Both the position numbers and the translations under genes were made by a program. A stretch of DNA of 34,632 bases, taken from IMG/VR virus record IMGVR_UViG_3300033067_000886, positions 1 through 34,632 of that record; one strand, 5' to 3'. Source of the DNA: a virus. Its lineage: Duplodnaviria > Caudoviricetes. Shown here piece after piece: positions 24,485 to 32,874 of the stretch. Under the pieces are notes generated by a model. It searched no databases. It had not been told where the DNA came from and worked only from the letters and a program-made list of their open reading frames with translations. Numbering within the stretch: position 1 is the stretch's first letter; each line of letters starts with the position of its first letter.

Positions 24485-25048
24485 CTACGGCAGGTAGTTG
24501 ATCGTCATCCGGGCCATGTAGATCGCGCCGCTGCCGATCACCTCGTAATAGAAGGCGTGCTGCTGGGCCATCATCAAGGGATCGGTCCAGAGCGCATTCC
24601 ACTTCGCGGTGATGTCGCAGGCCACGAGGCTGGGGCCGCCGATGGCCGGCGGTGCCAGATCGCAGTTCCAGTCGCTCTTGACCACTCTCGTCGCCGGGTT
24701 GGTCGAGTAGTCGTTGTAGAACGACATGAGCCGGACGCGGGCGTTCGACGTGCTGCCGAGGATGGCGAAGGTCACCCAGGCGTTCTTCGCCGGCTTCATG
24801 ATGTCGTTCGAGGACAGGATTTGGAAGAAGCAGGTGAAGCACGCCGCGCTCGGCGTTGGCACCACGGGATAGCCCTGATCGAGGCGAGAGACCCAGATCG
24901 GCGTCCAGACCGGGATGTTGTTGAAGGTGAATGGGCCGTCGGTCGAGCGCGGCGCGACCGGCGTAATGTCCAGAATCAGGTTTTGCGCCGCCTGGGCGGG
25001 CGCAAGCAGGATCATCGCCAGCGCGACGGCCAGCTTCAATATCTTCAT
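24485..25048 (-). CDS. Secreted/periplasmic hypothetical protein
   Basis: Signal peptide MKILKLAVALAMILLAPAQA; AGGAG SD. Confidence 0.75.
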   Translation of the reverse strand: MKILKLAVALAMILLAPAQAAQNLILDITPVAPRSTDGPFTFNNIPVWTPIWVSRLDQGYPVVPTPSAACFTCFFQILSSNDIMKPAKNAWVTFAILGSTSNARVRLMSFYNDYSTNPATRVVKSDWNCDLAPPAIGGPSLVACDITAKWNALWTDPLMMAQQHAFYYEVIGSGAIYMARMTINYLP

Positions 25049-25515
25049 TGTCTTTCTCCTTTGGTGGTGGTTGCGATCAGATGATGATGTTGAGGCGGGC
25101 CATGTAGAGGTAGCAGTCTGGTCGGCTTTGGAAAAAAGGCATCGAGGCGCGCCTCCACCGCCTTGATGCGTTCGATGGCGCCGGCCAGGGTGTATGGCTC
25201 GCTGGGATCGGCCGCGTTGCGCAGCGGCGGCAGATATTCGGGGTCGTTGACCTCGGCGGGGCCGGGCGGAGCCGGGTTGGTGTTGCGCGACGGATCGGTC
25301 ATGTTCAGACTCTTGCGGATCGCAAGGGCGTCGTGCAGCTGGTGGGCCGCGCGGCGCAGATCATCCCAGCGCTCGGTGAACATGACGGTGAGCGCGCGAG
25401 CCACGCCGGCTCGGGTCATGTGGTAGGGTCCGACGTAGCGCTCGATCAGATCGGCGATCTCGTTGGAGGCAACCTCGGCGGATACCTTCTGATTTGGTCC
25501 GAGGTACGGGCTCAT
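25045..25515 (-). CDS. Hypothetical protein
   Basis: ATGA overlaps at both ends; start trimmed to MSPYLG. Confidence 0.6.
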   Translation of the reverse strand: MSPYLGPNQKVSAEVASNEIADLIERYVGPYHMTRAGVARALTVMFTERWDDLRRAAHQLHDALAIRKSLNMTDPSRNTNPAPPGPAEVNDPEYLPPLRNAADPSEPYTLAGAIERIKAVEARLDAFFPKPTRLLPLHGPPQHHHLIATTTKGERQ

Positions 25516-26315
25516 GACAGTTTCTCCGGCTTGCTCTCGACGGCACGCTTGGCGAAGATCGGGATGGTGTCGCCGTCGCCATTCGGGTCGTGCGCGTGGC
25601 GGCGCTCCTCCATGTGAAGGCCATTGAAGCCCCAGGTCTGGCGCAGTTGCATGAGGCGCGTGGCCCAGGCGTGGCGGGCCGCTTCGTCCGGGCTGGCTGG
25701 CGGCATCGAACTCCAATCGAGCATCAGCGCGGCCTCCGATGCCTCGCGCGCGGCCATCACGTCGGCGAACAGGCCGAAGTCCAGACCGGTTGGCAGATGG
25801 GTCAGGCTCGGCAGAACCTTGCGCGGCTCGTCGGTCTCGTCGGCGTCGTAGTCGCAGATGTTGAACGGCATACGCCAGATGCCGAAATCGCCCTTCACGG
25901 CGCCGAAGATGCCGCAAGCCTCGTTGATGCCGACGCGGTGATAGAAGCGGCACGGGCTCCAGCCGGGCAGATCGGCCACGAGCACCTTGCGCTCTTTGTC
26001 CCAGATCGACCAGTCGAGCACATTGCCTGCGGTGTCGGAGCCGAGATTGGCGACGGCCTCCTGCACGGGATCGGCGGCAGGGCTACCCCCGCCGAAGCGC
26101 TCCATCAGTGCGCGGCCCTCGGGACTGTCCTTGGGGAAGATCATCGGCCCGCTGCCTCCGGCTGCCATGCGTTGGAGGATCATCTGTGCGATCGGGTCGC
26201 TCTCAGGCAGCGAGAGGCTGCCGATGCCCTTGATCGGCTTGCCGTCGGCGTACTCGACCTTCGGTGCCGGCGGCGTCCCGCCCAGCATGGTGATGATGCG
26301 ATCCTTCAAGCCCAT
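25512..26315 (-). CDS. Hypothetical protein
   Basis: 267 aa from MGLKDR with a GGAGG SD; contains an LTHLPTG motif. Confidence 0.75.
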   Translation of the reverse strand: MGLKDRIITMLGGTPPAPKVEYADGKPIKGIGSLSLPESDPIAQMILQRMAAGGSGPMIFPKDSPEGRALMERFGGGSPAADPVQEAVANLGSDTAGNVLDWSIWDKERKVLVADLPGWSPCRFYHRVGINEACGIFGAVKGDFGIWRMPFNICDYDADETDEPRKVLPSLTHLPTGLDFGLFADVMAAREASEAALMLDWSSMPPASPDEAARHAWATRLMQLRQTWGFNGLHMEERRHAHDPNGDGDTIPIFAKRAVESKPEKLS

Positions 26316-26378
26316 GGTTTCCCTCCTGTTCAGCAGCGATCGAGCGCTTCGATGGCTTCGAGCCACGCGCGGATGAAT

Positions 26379-26669
26379 TCAGCGAAGCGACGCATTGCGG
26401 TGTTCCTCCTCCCAGCTGTGAATAAGGGCGTTGAGGCCGTAGCCGAACTGCACGGCCCAGCGGTTGGCGACGATCAGCAGGCCCAGCAGCACCCACCAGT
26501 CGCCCCAGATCACGAAGCAGGTAGTGAGCGCGGCGAGCGCGACAAGGCCCAGCCAGTCCATGGTGTCAGGCTCGACCCATGAATAGACGCCAGCCTTGGC
26601 GGCGTCGGACAACAGGAAGCCCAGCGCGTAGCCGAACATCATCCAGATGACGGATAAAATGGTAATCAT
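26379..26669 (-). CDS. Membrane protein (about 3 TM segments)
   Basis: Hydrophobic stretches; ATGA-coupled start. Confidence 0.6.
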   Translation of the reverse strand: MITILSVIWMMFGYALGFLLSDAAKAGVYSWVEPDTMDWLGLVALAALTTCFVIWGDWWVLLGLLIVANRWAVQFGYGLNALIHSWEEEHRNASLR

Positions 26670-26806
26670 TTGCACCATCCCAGCATGTCGCAGAACAGCC
26701 AAACGTGTTGCGGTGAGCCGTTCTTGGTTGCCCAGACGGTGAACCAGATGAAGCCGCCGATCAGCAGCAGGCCCCATGCGAGCTTCGCGATTGCTGTTGC
26801 GTCCAT
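26666..26806 (-). CDS. Small membrane protein (46 aa)
   Basis: Translated by hand: MDATAIAKLAWGLLLIGGFIWFTVWATK...; overlaps neighbours at both ends. Confidence 0.55.
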   Translation of the reverse strand: MDATAIAKLAWGLLLIGGFIWFTVWATKNGSPQHVWLFCDMLGWCK

Positions 26807-27084
26807 CACTTGCGCTCCGGTGGGTTCATGATGTGGTGCACGATCGGATGCGCCGCGCGCTCGTGGTACATCTGGGACATGCCGAAGCCGGTCTCGATGC
26901 CGTGGTCGAGCATGTTGCCCTGGTGGCGCATCAGGTCGACGACGATGTGCATCAGCGCCATCTGGAACTGTTCGCGCTCATGCGGATCGGTCGGCGCGTA
27001 GCGCCGCATGAAATAGGTCAGGCGATCCATGGTCAGGCCGCTGGTGACCTCGGCGCGCATCTTGGCGTGGTCGGCGGCTCTCAT
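26806..27084 (-). CDS. Hypothetical protein (92 aa)
   Basis: ATGA-coupled start MRAADH with a GGAG SD. Confidence 0.6.
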   Translation of the reverse strand: MRAADHAKMRAEVTSGLTMDRLTYFMRRYAPTDPHEREQFQMALMHIVVDLMRHQGNMLDHGIETGFGMSQMYHERAAHPIVHHIMNPPERK

Positions 27085-27392
27085 GTGTCGATCTCCGGCG
27101 GCGGCATGGGCATCCACTTCGTCGGCTCGAACACCTTGGCCCCGAAACCGCCGACGTGGCGGGATTGGCCGGCGTACCATTTCAGGCGCCAGCGGTCGGC
27201 CTTGCCCTGGATGCGGGCATAGGCGCCGAAGCCGCCGACGACACGGCCTTTGGCGTCCTGCAACAGGCAGGGCCAGATGTCGTAGCGCAGCACCTCGCGC
27301 GGCGGGACCGGCGCGGTCTCGATCGGTCGCCACCACTGATGAATGAACGCCTCGACATCGGGCGGGATGATGGTTGGCGCGAGGAAGCTCAC
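27081..27392 (-). CDS. DUF551-like protein
   Basis: WRPIETAP...PTKWMPMPPP motif; GTG start after GGAGG. Confidence 0.65.
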   Translation of the reverse strand: MSFLAPTIIPPDVEAFIHQWWRPIETAPVPPREVLRYDIWPCLLQDAKGRVVGGFGAYARIQGKADRWRLKWYAGQSRHVGGFGAKVFEPTKWMPMPPPEIDT

Positions 27393-27393
27393 T

Positions 27394-27579
27394 TTATCCC
27401 TCCTCGGCGACCTGATTGAGCAGCGAGGCGGCAAGCTCGACGACGATGTCGTGCCGGCGCTCGGCGGTGATCGGGTTGTCCAGGCGCATGACAATCGCCG
27501 AAACGCCAGCACGCTTCATGTCCTCGGTGCGGAACATGACCTTGTCCTTGGGGTCGTAGACGACGTGGATCGCGGGCAT
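27394..27579 (-). CDS. Hypothetical protein (61 aa)
   Basis: MPAIHVVYDP start with SD; tiles with neighbours. Confidence 0.55.
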   Translation of the reverse strand: MPAIHVVYDPKDKVMFRTEDMKRAGVSAIVMRLDNPITAERRHDIVVELAASLLNQVAEEG

Positions 27580-27581
27580 AG

Positions 27582-27938
27582 TCAGTCCTTCCTCGGCTCG
27601 GGCATGGGCATGAAGTATTTGGCGTCGCGACGCCAATGGCCAGAGTGATCGCTGTACCAGCGGACCTCCACGTTGATCGGGGCATCGGGGGCAAGAGAGC
27701 CGCGGCCGCCTTTGTTGGCCCAGCGCGCGTAACCGCCCATCACCTCGCCGTTGTTGGTCTGGATCAGGCAACGATAGCGGTAATAGCTCGTGGTGTCGGC
27801 ATAGGCCAGGATCGGGGCCTCGGCGATCGGACGCCAGACGGCGAGGCGAAGCGAACGCACCAGTTCGAGCAGATCGGCTTCGGCGTCGGTGCTACCCTCG
27901 CGGATACGACGCATAAGCTCTACCACCTCATCAGCCAT
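27582..27938 (-). CDS. DUF551-like protein (paralog of 27081-27392)
   Basis: WRPIAEAP...KYFMPMPEP. Confidence 0.65.
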   Translation of the reverse strand: MADEVVELMRRIREGSTDAEADLLELVRSLRLAVWRPIAEAPILAYADTTSYYRYRCLIQTNNGEVMGGYARWANKGGRGSLAPDAPINVEVRWYSDHSGHWRRDAKYFMPMPEPRKD

Positions 27939-28485
27939 TTGCAGCAACCTCGCTGGTTTGTTTCGAGGTAGGCTCCAGCAGCATGGCGACGCGCTCCAGA
28001 AACGCTACCGCGTCCTCGGCCGTGGTGTCCGGGTGCTCGTTCAGGGCCATGACGGGGTGCAGGTGGTTGTTGCCGCCTGGGACCGACTTGGCACAGCGCA
28101 GGGCCTCGTCGCGCACGGCCACCCAGATCGGCGTCGGGTTGGTGCTGTTCGACTGGATCGCCACGGCGATAGCGCCATAGATCGAGTAGGCGGTCGCCTT
28201 GCCAACCTTGGCGCGGCTGGTATCCACCTCGGTCATGCCGCGGGTGTTGGTGAACAGCGGCACCTCGAAGCCATGCTCATCGCGGGCATGGCAGCGCTGG
28301 GAGTGACCGCCCTCGCGGATCAGGCGGGCGGCCTCGCGGACTACATCATGGGGCAGCACGGCGGCGTTTCTCCTTGTCAAGGCGGGCCTGCTCGGCGCGG
28401 GCATAGGCCTGTTGTTTGGGGGTGAGGGGCGGCCGGGCGGCAACCCGGTCGGCCTGGGTGTCTGTACCGGCGCCGGCACACTCAC
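27931..28485 (-). CDS. DUF6197-like protein with a Pro-rich N-terminus
   Basis: REAARLIREGGHSQ...SIYGAI...NEHPDTTAEDAVAFLERVA. Confidence 0.6.
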   Translation of the reverse strand: MSVPAPVQTPRPTGLPPGRPSPPNNRPMPAPSRPALTRRNAAVLPHDVVREAARLIREGGHSQRCHARDEHGFEVPLFTNTRGMTEVDTSRAKVGKATAYSIYGAIAVAIQSNSTNPTPIWVAVRDEALRCAKSVPGGNNHLHPVMALNEHPDTTAEDAVAFLERVAMLLEPTSKQTSEVAANG

Positions 28486-28527
28486 TCCCGCCCCTCTTGG
28501 CCGTTGGGTATTCGGCGGCCCAGCACA

Positions 28528-28761
28528 TCAGGCCTCCTCCCGCGCAGTCTGGTTCCGTGACCATGCCGTGGCCATGCCGATCGACCAGCTATCGCCCGGT
28601 ACCAGCGGTGGCAGCTGATGACAGGACAGCACGCGCACGCCATCGGGCGCGATCGCGGGCTTGCCCGCGGCCGTCACCATAGGGTCGTGCCAGACCTGGG
28701 GCTCGGGACCGCGCAGGCCGGCCACATAGACGAGGCAGGGGCGGACGGGGCGCTCAGTCAC
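28528..28761 (-). CDS. Hypothetical protein
   Basis: 77 aa with an overlapping GTG start. Confidence 0.5.
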   Translation of the reverse strand: MTERPVRPCLVYVAGLRGPEPQVWHDPMVTAAGKPAIAPDGVRVLSCHQLPPLVPGDSWSIGMATAWSRNQTAREEA

Positions 28762-28954
28762 GGTCGCGCTCCATCAGCATGGCGTCGGCAAGCCGGTAGG
28801 ACCGGGCCGCCAGATCGTCAGACGTGTTCTGGCCATAGTATTTATTGGCCAGCAGCCCGGTCAGCGCCGCCGCGGCGAAATAGTCGCGCTTGCTCAGGCC
28901 GTCCGAATGATCGGCGGTTTCGGGAAATGCGGCACCGCCATCAGGTAGGGCCAT
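28754..28954 (-). CDS. Conserved small phage protein (G.S.RDYFAA family)
   Basis: AFP...GLSKRDYFAAAALTGLLA...SYRLADAMLMER. Confidence 0.8.
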   Translation of the reverse strand: MALPDGGAAFPETADHSDGLSKRDYFAAAALTGLLANKYYGQNTSDDLAARSYRLADAMLMERDRD

Positions 28955-29069
28955 AGCGTCTCTCCTGTCTCGCCCGTCCTGCGGGCGTCTCGCTGGGGGT
29001 ATCTCAGCGTCCCAGCCCAGCGAATCAAAGGGCGAGGGGCGCGTACTGTCTCACGGAACCGGCGGAGAA

Positions 29070-29309
29070 TCAGCCGCCGGGTGGTGTCTCAATCGAGGCG
29101 TCCACAGGCTTTCCGACCACGTCGGCGAGTTGGGCGGCCTGCTCCAGCACATCGACGATGGAGGCGGCATATCCCTCGAAGGTGGCACGGGGGACATGGA
29201 CCTTGGTGTCTGGGAAGGGGATGCCGGCATTGGCCGCTATCACGTCCTTGAAGCGGGTCTCCATGATGTCGGCGATCTGGGCGATGGCGGCGGCGCGGTC
29301 GGTGGTCAT
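29070..29309 (-). CDS. Hypothetical protein
   Basis: 79-aa ORF with an ATGA overlap. Confidence 0.6.
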   Translation of the reverse strand: MTTDRAAAIAQIADIMETRFKDVIAANAGIPFPDTKVHVPRATFEGYAASIVDVLEQAAQLADVVGKPVDASIETPPGG

Positions 29310-29492
29310 CGGCGCACCAGCCGGGTGTTGCGAAGGGTCTCGTCATGGGGATAGCAGGTGGCGCAGGGCATGACGGCGATGGCCGGGCCGCGCTTGAGGT
29401 ATCCGAAGCCGCTCGGGATGATCCGGGTGGAAGGCCACGATGCAGGCCTCGCCTTCGACGATGCCGGCGTCGTTACAGGTTGGGCAGGGCAT
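29306..29492 (-). pseudogene. Frameshifted small CxxC...CxxC protein
   Basis: SD-led MPCPTCNDAG... and a downstream MPCATC...RR-stop lie in frames offset by one base. Confidence 0.5.
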
Positions 29493-29826
29493 TGGCGGTC
29501 TCCTCTCTTTGGGCTTTGCGCAGGGCCTCGGCCTCCTCGGGCTTGGCCAGCGGCTTGTTGGGGTCGCGGCCGCGTAGCATCGACATGGCGGAGCACTGCG
29601 CCAGCGTGATCTCGACGGCGCCCAGGCTGACGGCCAGCTTCCGGGCTTGCAGGGCGACGTCGTAGTGGTCGCCTTGATACCAGCGGCGGGCCACGCCGAT
29701 CTTGACGGCCATGGCGTGAAGCTCGGCCTCGGTGTCCGCGATCAGGTGGCTCATCTTCATGAGACGCTTGCCGCGGCGGAATTCGCCCATGGGATAGCGG
29801 TACATATCGTCGACATAGACGGTCAT
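29473..29826 (-). CDS. DUF4031 family protein
   Basis: MTVYVDD...MSHLIADTEAELHAMA..IG..RRWYQGDHYD...A...GA. Confidence 0.85.
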   Translation of the reverse strand: MTVYVDDMYRYPMGEFRRGKRLMKMSHLIADTEAELHAMAVKIGVARRWYQGDHYDVALQARKLAVSLGAVEITLAQCSAMSMLRGRDPNKPLAKPEEAEALRKAQREETANALPNL

Positions 29827-30074
29827 TCCGGCAGGCCCTCCGGGTTGTCGATGTGATCTTCGAGGGTGACGGGGAAGGTTTCGATCTCGATCTCGCCGTC
29901 GTCGCAGGCGTAGCAGCGCTCCCAGCGCTCGATCAGGCCGCCATGGAAGCGGTTGATGTCCACAGGGACGGCGAAGCCACCATCGCCGCCGCACACTCGG
30001 CAATGGGTGATGATCGGTCGCGAATATGCAACCTCGGACAGGGCGTGGAGGTATTGGCCGCGGTTGCTGCTCAT
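29823..30074 (-). CDS. Small zinc-finger protein
   Basis: CRVCGGDG...CYACDDG. Confidence 0.65.
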   Translation of the reverse strand: MSSNRGQYLHALSEVAYSRPIITHCRVCGGDGGFAVPVDINRFHGGLIERWERCYACDDGEIEIETFPVTLEDHIDNPEGLPE

Positions 30075-30322
30075 TTGATCCTCCGGTATTCGCTGGGATC
30101 GAGGGTGATGACGTCGTTTTTGGTGCTGAACGTCGACTCGGCGCTGATTACGGTCCAGACGGTCTGCTCGGCGTCGGCCTTGGCCGGGTCGATGCCGAAG
30201 AACGTCTCGAAGGGGATGTGCACGGGGTCGCCCGCGGTCAGGCCGTGGGTGACGGCGTCGCCGAATATGCCCAGATCACGCATCAGGCGCTCGCGCTCGG
30301 CTGGGTCGGTGGGCCAGGGCAT
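30071..30322 (-). CDS. Hypothetical protein (83 aa)
   Basis: TGATG-coupled start MPWPTD. Confidence 0.6.
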   Translation of the reverse strand: MPWPTDPAERERLMRDLGIFGDAVTHGLTAGDPVHIPFETFFGIDPAKADAEQTVWTVISAESTFSTKNDVITLDPSEYRRIK

Positions 30323-30534
30323 CAGCGCTTGCCCTGCGCTTTGAGGTCGTTGACCAGTTCGCGCACGCGATCCTGAGACACTTCCGGGTGGAAGATGTCC
30401 ATGAAGGCGCGCAGCGCCATGGTCTCGCTGCCCATCGTACTGTGCAGCATCGCGCGGGCGGCATGGACGCGGTCCATCTGCGAGGGGCCTTTCAGCCGCT
30501 TCGCAAGCTCGAACTCCGGTTTCAGCTTGGTCAT
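30322..30534 (-). CDS. Hypothetical protein (70 aa)
   Basis: GAGGAGG SD and ATGA overlap. Confidence 0.65.
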   Translation of the reverse strand: MTKLKPEFELAKRLKGPSQMDRVHAARAMLHSTMGSETMALRAFMDIFHPEVSQDRVRELVNDLKAQGKR

Positions 30535-30866
30535 GTTCCCTCCTCTTTGGTTGCGCCGTTGAGCGGGTGGTGCTCGGCGCGGTCGATGCAGTCATTGAAC
30601 CACTCGGCGATGCCTTCCTTGGTCTGGCCGTCGCGCGCGTGGATTTCATGGATCGGGTGCAGGCCGCTGTATTCGCGACGCTGGCGCACCGCCTCCTTTA
30701 TTGCGATGTCCAGCATCAGGCTGATCTGGGGATCGCCCGGCTTCATCTTTTTCTCGATCGCATGGAGCGCCTTCCAGGGCGAATAGGTCGGCCAGCCGAA
30801 GGCATCGACCAGCTTCTTCGCCTCGCGGAGGGCGTCCGCGGCGCTCCATGCGACGGGCTGGGTCAT
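30531..30866 (-). CDS. DUF6197-like protein
   Basis: DALREAKKLVDAFGW...DGQTKEGIAEWFNDCI. Confidence 0.6.
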   Translation of the reverse strand: MTQPVAWSAADALREAKKLVDAFGWPTYSPWKALHAIEKKMKPGDPQISLMLDIAIKEAVRQRREYSGLHPIHEIHARDGQTKEGIAEWFNDCIDRAEHHPLNGATKEEGT

Positions 30867-30970
30867 GAAGGCTTGCGCCTCGATTCACAGGCGCGGCACT
30901 CGATGCGCCACAGTTGTTCGCTCGGGCACTGGAAGCGCCAGGGGCAGGATTTGCACTTCTTACTGTGCAT
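30863..30970 (-). CDS. Cys-rich microprotein (35 aa)
   Basis: Translated by hand: MHSKKCKSCPWRFQCPSEQLWRIECRACESRRKPS; GGAGGAG SD; ATGA-coupled stop. Confidence 0.45.
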   Translation of the reverse strand: MHSKKCKSCPWRFQCPSEQLWRIECRACESRRKPS

Positions 30971-31304
30971 AGAGCTTGCTCCTCCAGATGGTGCGCGGAC
31001 TGGCATGCAGGCTCTTGCGCGTCGACTCGCGCGGAGCAACGTTGGCCTTTTCGCAATATCCGGCCTTTGCTGCTCGCGTCATGACGGGGCCAAAGGCGCG
31101 ACCTTCGTGCGTCTTTGGCGGGTTGGACAGACAATCGTAGCGGTCGAAAATGTCGTCGGACGTGAAATACAGCTGCTCGCAACAGGTCAGGCGGACCAGT
31201 TCGAGCATGACGTCGGCCCATGATTTGTTGGCGTTGGCGTCGGCTTGCGCCATGCTGGCCAGCTTGGCATCGCGTGCTGCGGCGGCCTCGAACAGGTCGG
31301 TCAT
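30960..31304 (-). CDS. Conserved phage hypothetical protein
   Basis: FTSDDI...RAFGPVMTRAAKAG...HASPRTIWRS. Confidence 0.75.
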   Translation of the reverse strand: MTDLFEAAAARDAKLASMAQADANANKSWADVMLELVRLTCCEQLYFTSDDIFDRYDCLSNPPKTHEGRAFGPVMTRAAKAGYCEKANVAPRESTRKSLHASPRTIWRSKLYAQ

Positions 31305-31453
31305 GGTGCCTCGCTGTGGTCAGAGGGCGTGTGGATCACGATGCGCTTGATGTCCCAGACGATGGCCGCACCGGCCAAGCCACCGATTGCAGCACCCAGC
31401 GTCAGGCAGGCGATGCAGAGCGAAGCCACGTCCCAAGGGTCGCAGAGGTCCAT
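31301..31453 (-). CDS. Small membrane protein (50 aa)
   Basis: Translated by hand from MDLCDPWD...; GGAGG SD; one hydrophobic segment. Confidence 0.5.
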   Translation of the reverse strand: MDLCDPWDVASLCIACLTLGAAIGGLAGAAIVWDIKRIVIHTPSDHSEAP

Positions 31454-31464
31454 GGTTCCCTCCG

Positions 31465-31791
31465 TCAGGCTTTGAGGCTGCGTTCGACGCGGTCGCAGAT
31501 GATGCCGAGGCCATCGAGCTTCTTGCCGATCTCGGTGGCGTCCTTGGCGAGCTTGTTGACGCGCTCGACGAGTGCGGCGCCATCGGCGTTCTCTTTTGCT
31601 CGATAGGGCGCAGGATCGATTGCGCGACGGACACGGCGTCGCGCATTAACGCAGTGGTGACACTCGCGGTTAACCACCCAGCGTCGCGCGATATGGCCGT
31701 GTAAACAAGGTTCACCAGTAAAATACCATTTCTGGCCGACCGTGATTGCCTCGGCGCGCTGCATGACGGCGGAGGAGCGGTTCTGGCTCAT
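31465..31791 (-). CDS. Zinc-binding protein (YFTG.PC.HGH motif)
   Basis: WYFTGEPCLHGHIARR...CHHC, a motif often found N-terminal to phage HNH domains, here without an HNH. Confidence 0.7.
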   Translation of the reverse strand: MSQNRSSAVMQRAEAITVGQKWYFTGEPCLHGHIARRWVVNRECHHCVNARRRVRRAIDPAPYRAKENADGAALVERVNKLAKDATEIGKKLDGLGIICDRVERSLKA

Positions 31792-32033
31792 CGCAGCGCC
31801 CTCAAGACTTCACCGTCATAGTAGGCGATCTGTCGGCGCATCAGCTGGACCGCGGTGGCGTTGCGCACCACGAGACTATCGCTCTCCCAACAGCTGCACT
31901 TGCCGCGCTGCACCGGGAGGAAGGTGTCACCGGCCTTTAGCGCCCTCTCCAGCTGGGCCGGAGCCGAATAGTCGTAGACGCGCTCCTGCCCGCTGGCAGT
32001 CTTATAGCGCACCTTTGTCCAACGGGGATTCAT
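31788..32033 (-). CDS. Hypothetical protein
   Basis: 81 aa with ATGA overlaps. Confidence 0.6.
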   Translation of the reverse strand: MNPRWTKVRYKTASGQERVYDYSAPAQLERALKAGDTFLPVQRGKCSCWESDSLVVRNATAVQLMRRQIAYYDGEVLRALR

Positions 32034-32251
32034 GCGGCATCCAATTGGTCAGAGGTCAGACCCGTCAAGGCCTTGATAGCCTGACGGTTTTTGGCATTTG
32101 GAACGCGCTCGCCCGTGCGCCACTTCTCGACCGTGCGGGACGAAAAGCTATTTATCTCCAAATGCTTGGCAAGCATTTCCGAGAACTTTTGCGTGGAAAT
32201 GCGCCGCGTCAGGAGATAGGCGTTAAACGGTGTTACAGCACCTTGTTTCAC
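32030..32251 (-). CDS. Cro/XRE-like helix-turn-helix regulator
   Basis: ISTQKFSEML...SSRTVEKWRTGERVP; first gene of the leftward arm. Confidence 0.75.
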   Translation of the reverse strand: MKQGAVTPFNAYLLTRRISTQKFSEMLAKHLEINSFSSRTVEKWRTGERVPNAKNRQAIKALTGLTSDQLDAA

Positions 32252-32292
32252 GTGTGACCGACCCTATGTAGGCGGACGCCGCCATATAGTAG

Positions 32293-32333
32293 TTGACTTC
32301 CCCCATAGTGGGGTATACATTCTGATTCGTCAA
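32293..32333. promoter_or_regulatory. Overlapping divergent sigma70-type promoters with a central palindromic operator
   Basis: Plus strand TTGACT-N17-TACATT (32293-32321); minus strand TTGACG-N17-CACTAT (32333-32305); palindrome CCCCA-TAG-TGGGG at 32301-32313. Confidence 0.65.
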
Positions 32334-32375
32334 GCCCCGGTTTAACCTCATCTGACAACCCAATGGAGCCGTCCC

Positions 32376-32873
32376 ATGGCAATAGGACCGCAAGAGAACG
32401 CCCTCCCCTTCGTCGTTGAAGCCAAAAGGTCGTACACGGCCTTTTTCGAGACCATCGCCGCCTTCGACTGCCGCCTGGCGGCCGAGGGTTATGCCGATGA
32501 GTGCCGCGAGGCCAACCCAAACAACCAGTACCGCGTCACGGTGCCTTGCCCATACATCGAGCACGCCTCGATCGTCGAGCGCCGCATCGTCGGGCGGCTG
32601 GTCGAAGCCCTGCTGGCAGCCGGCTACTCGCTCGGCGTCAACGATGGCGAGGAGCGCACCATCACCAACTCCAAGGACGCCGACGCCATCTACAAGGCGC
32701 TAGCCTCCACCGACAGCGACACGCTGATCGCTCATTTCCCCGACAGCGACCGCGAGGCTGGCGTGCTCCTGATCTGGGGCAACGATGTCGATGTCATCAG
32801 CGACTACCACACGTCTCTCGAACCGGTGCTCGCCCCGATCAACGATTGGATCGGCAACGTGGTGGAGGGCTGA
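32376..32873 (+). CDS. Hypothetical early protein
   Basis: 165 aa with a GGAG SD; LIWGNDVDVISDY motif. Confidence 0.75.
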   Translation: MAIGPQENALPFVVEAKRSYTAFFETIAAFDCRLAAEGYADECREANPNNQYRVTVPCPYIEHASIVERRIVGRLVEALLAAGYSLGVNDGEERTITNSKDADAIYKALASTDSDTLIAHFPDSDREAGVLLIWGNDVDVISDYHTSLEPVLAPINDWIGNVVEG

Positions 32874-32874
32874 C

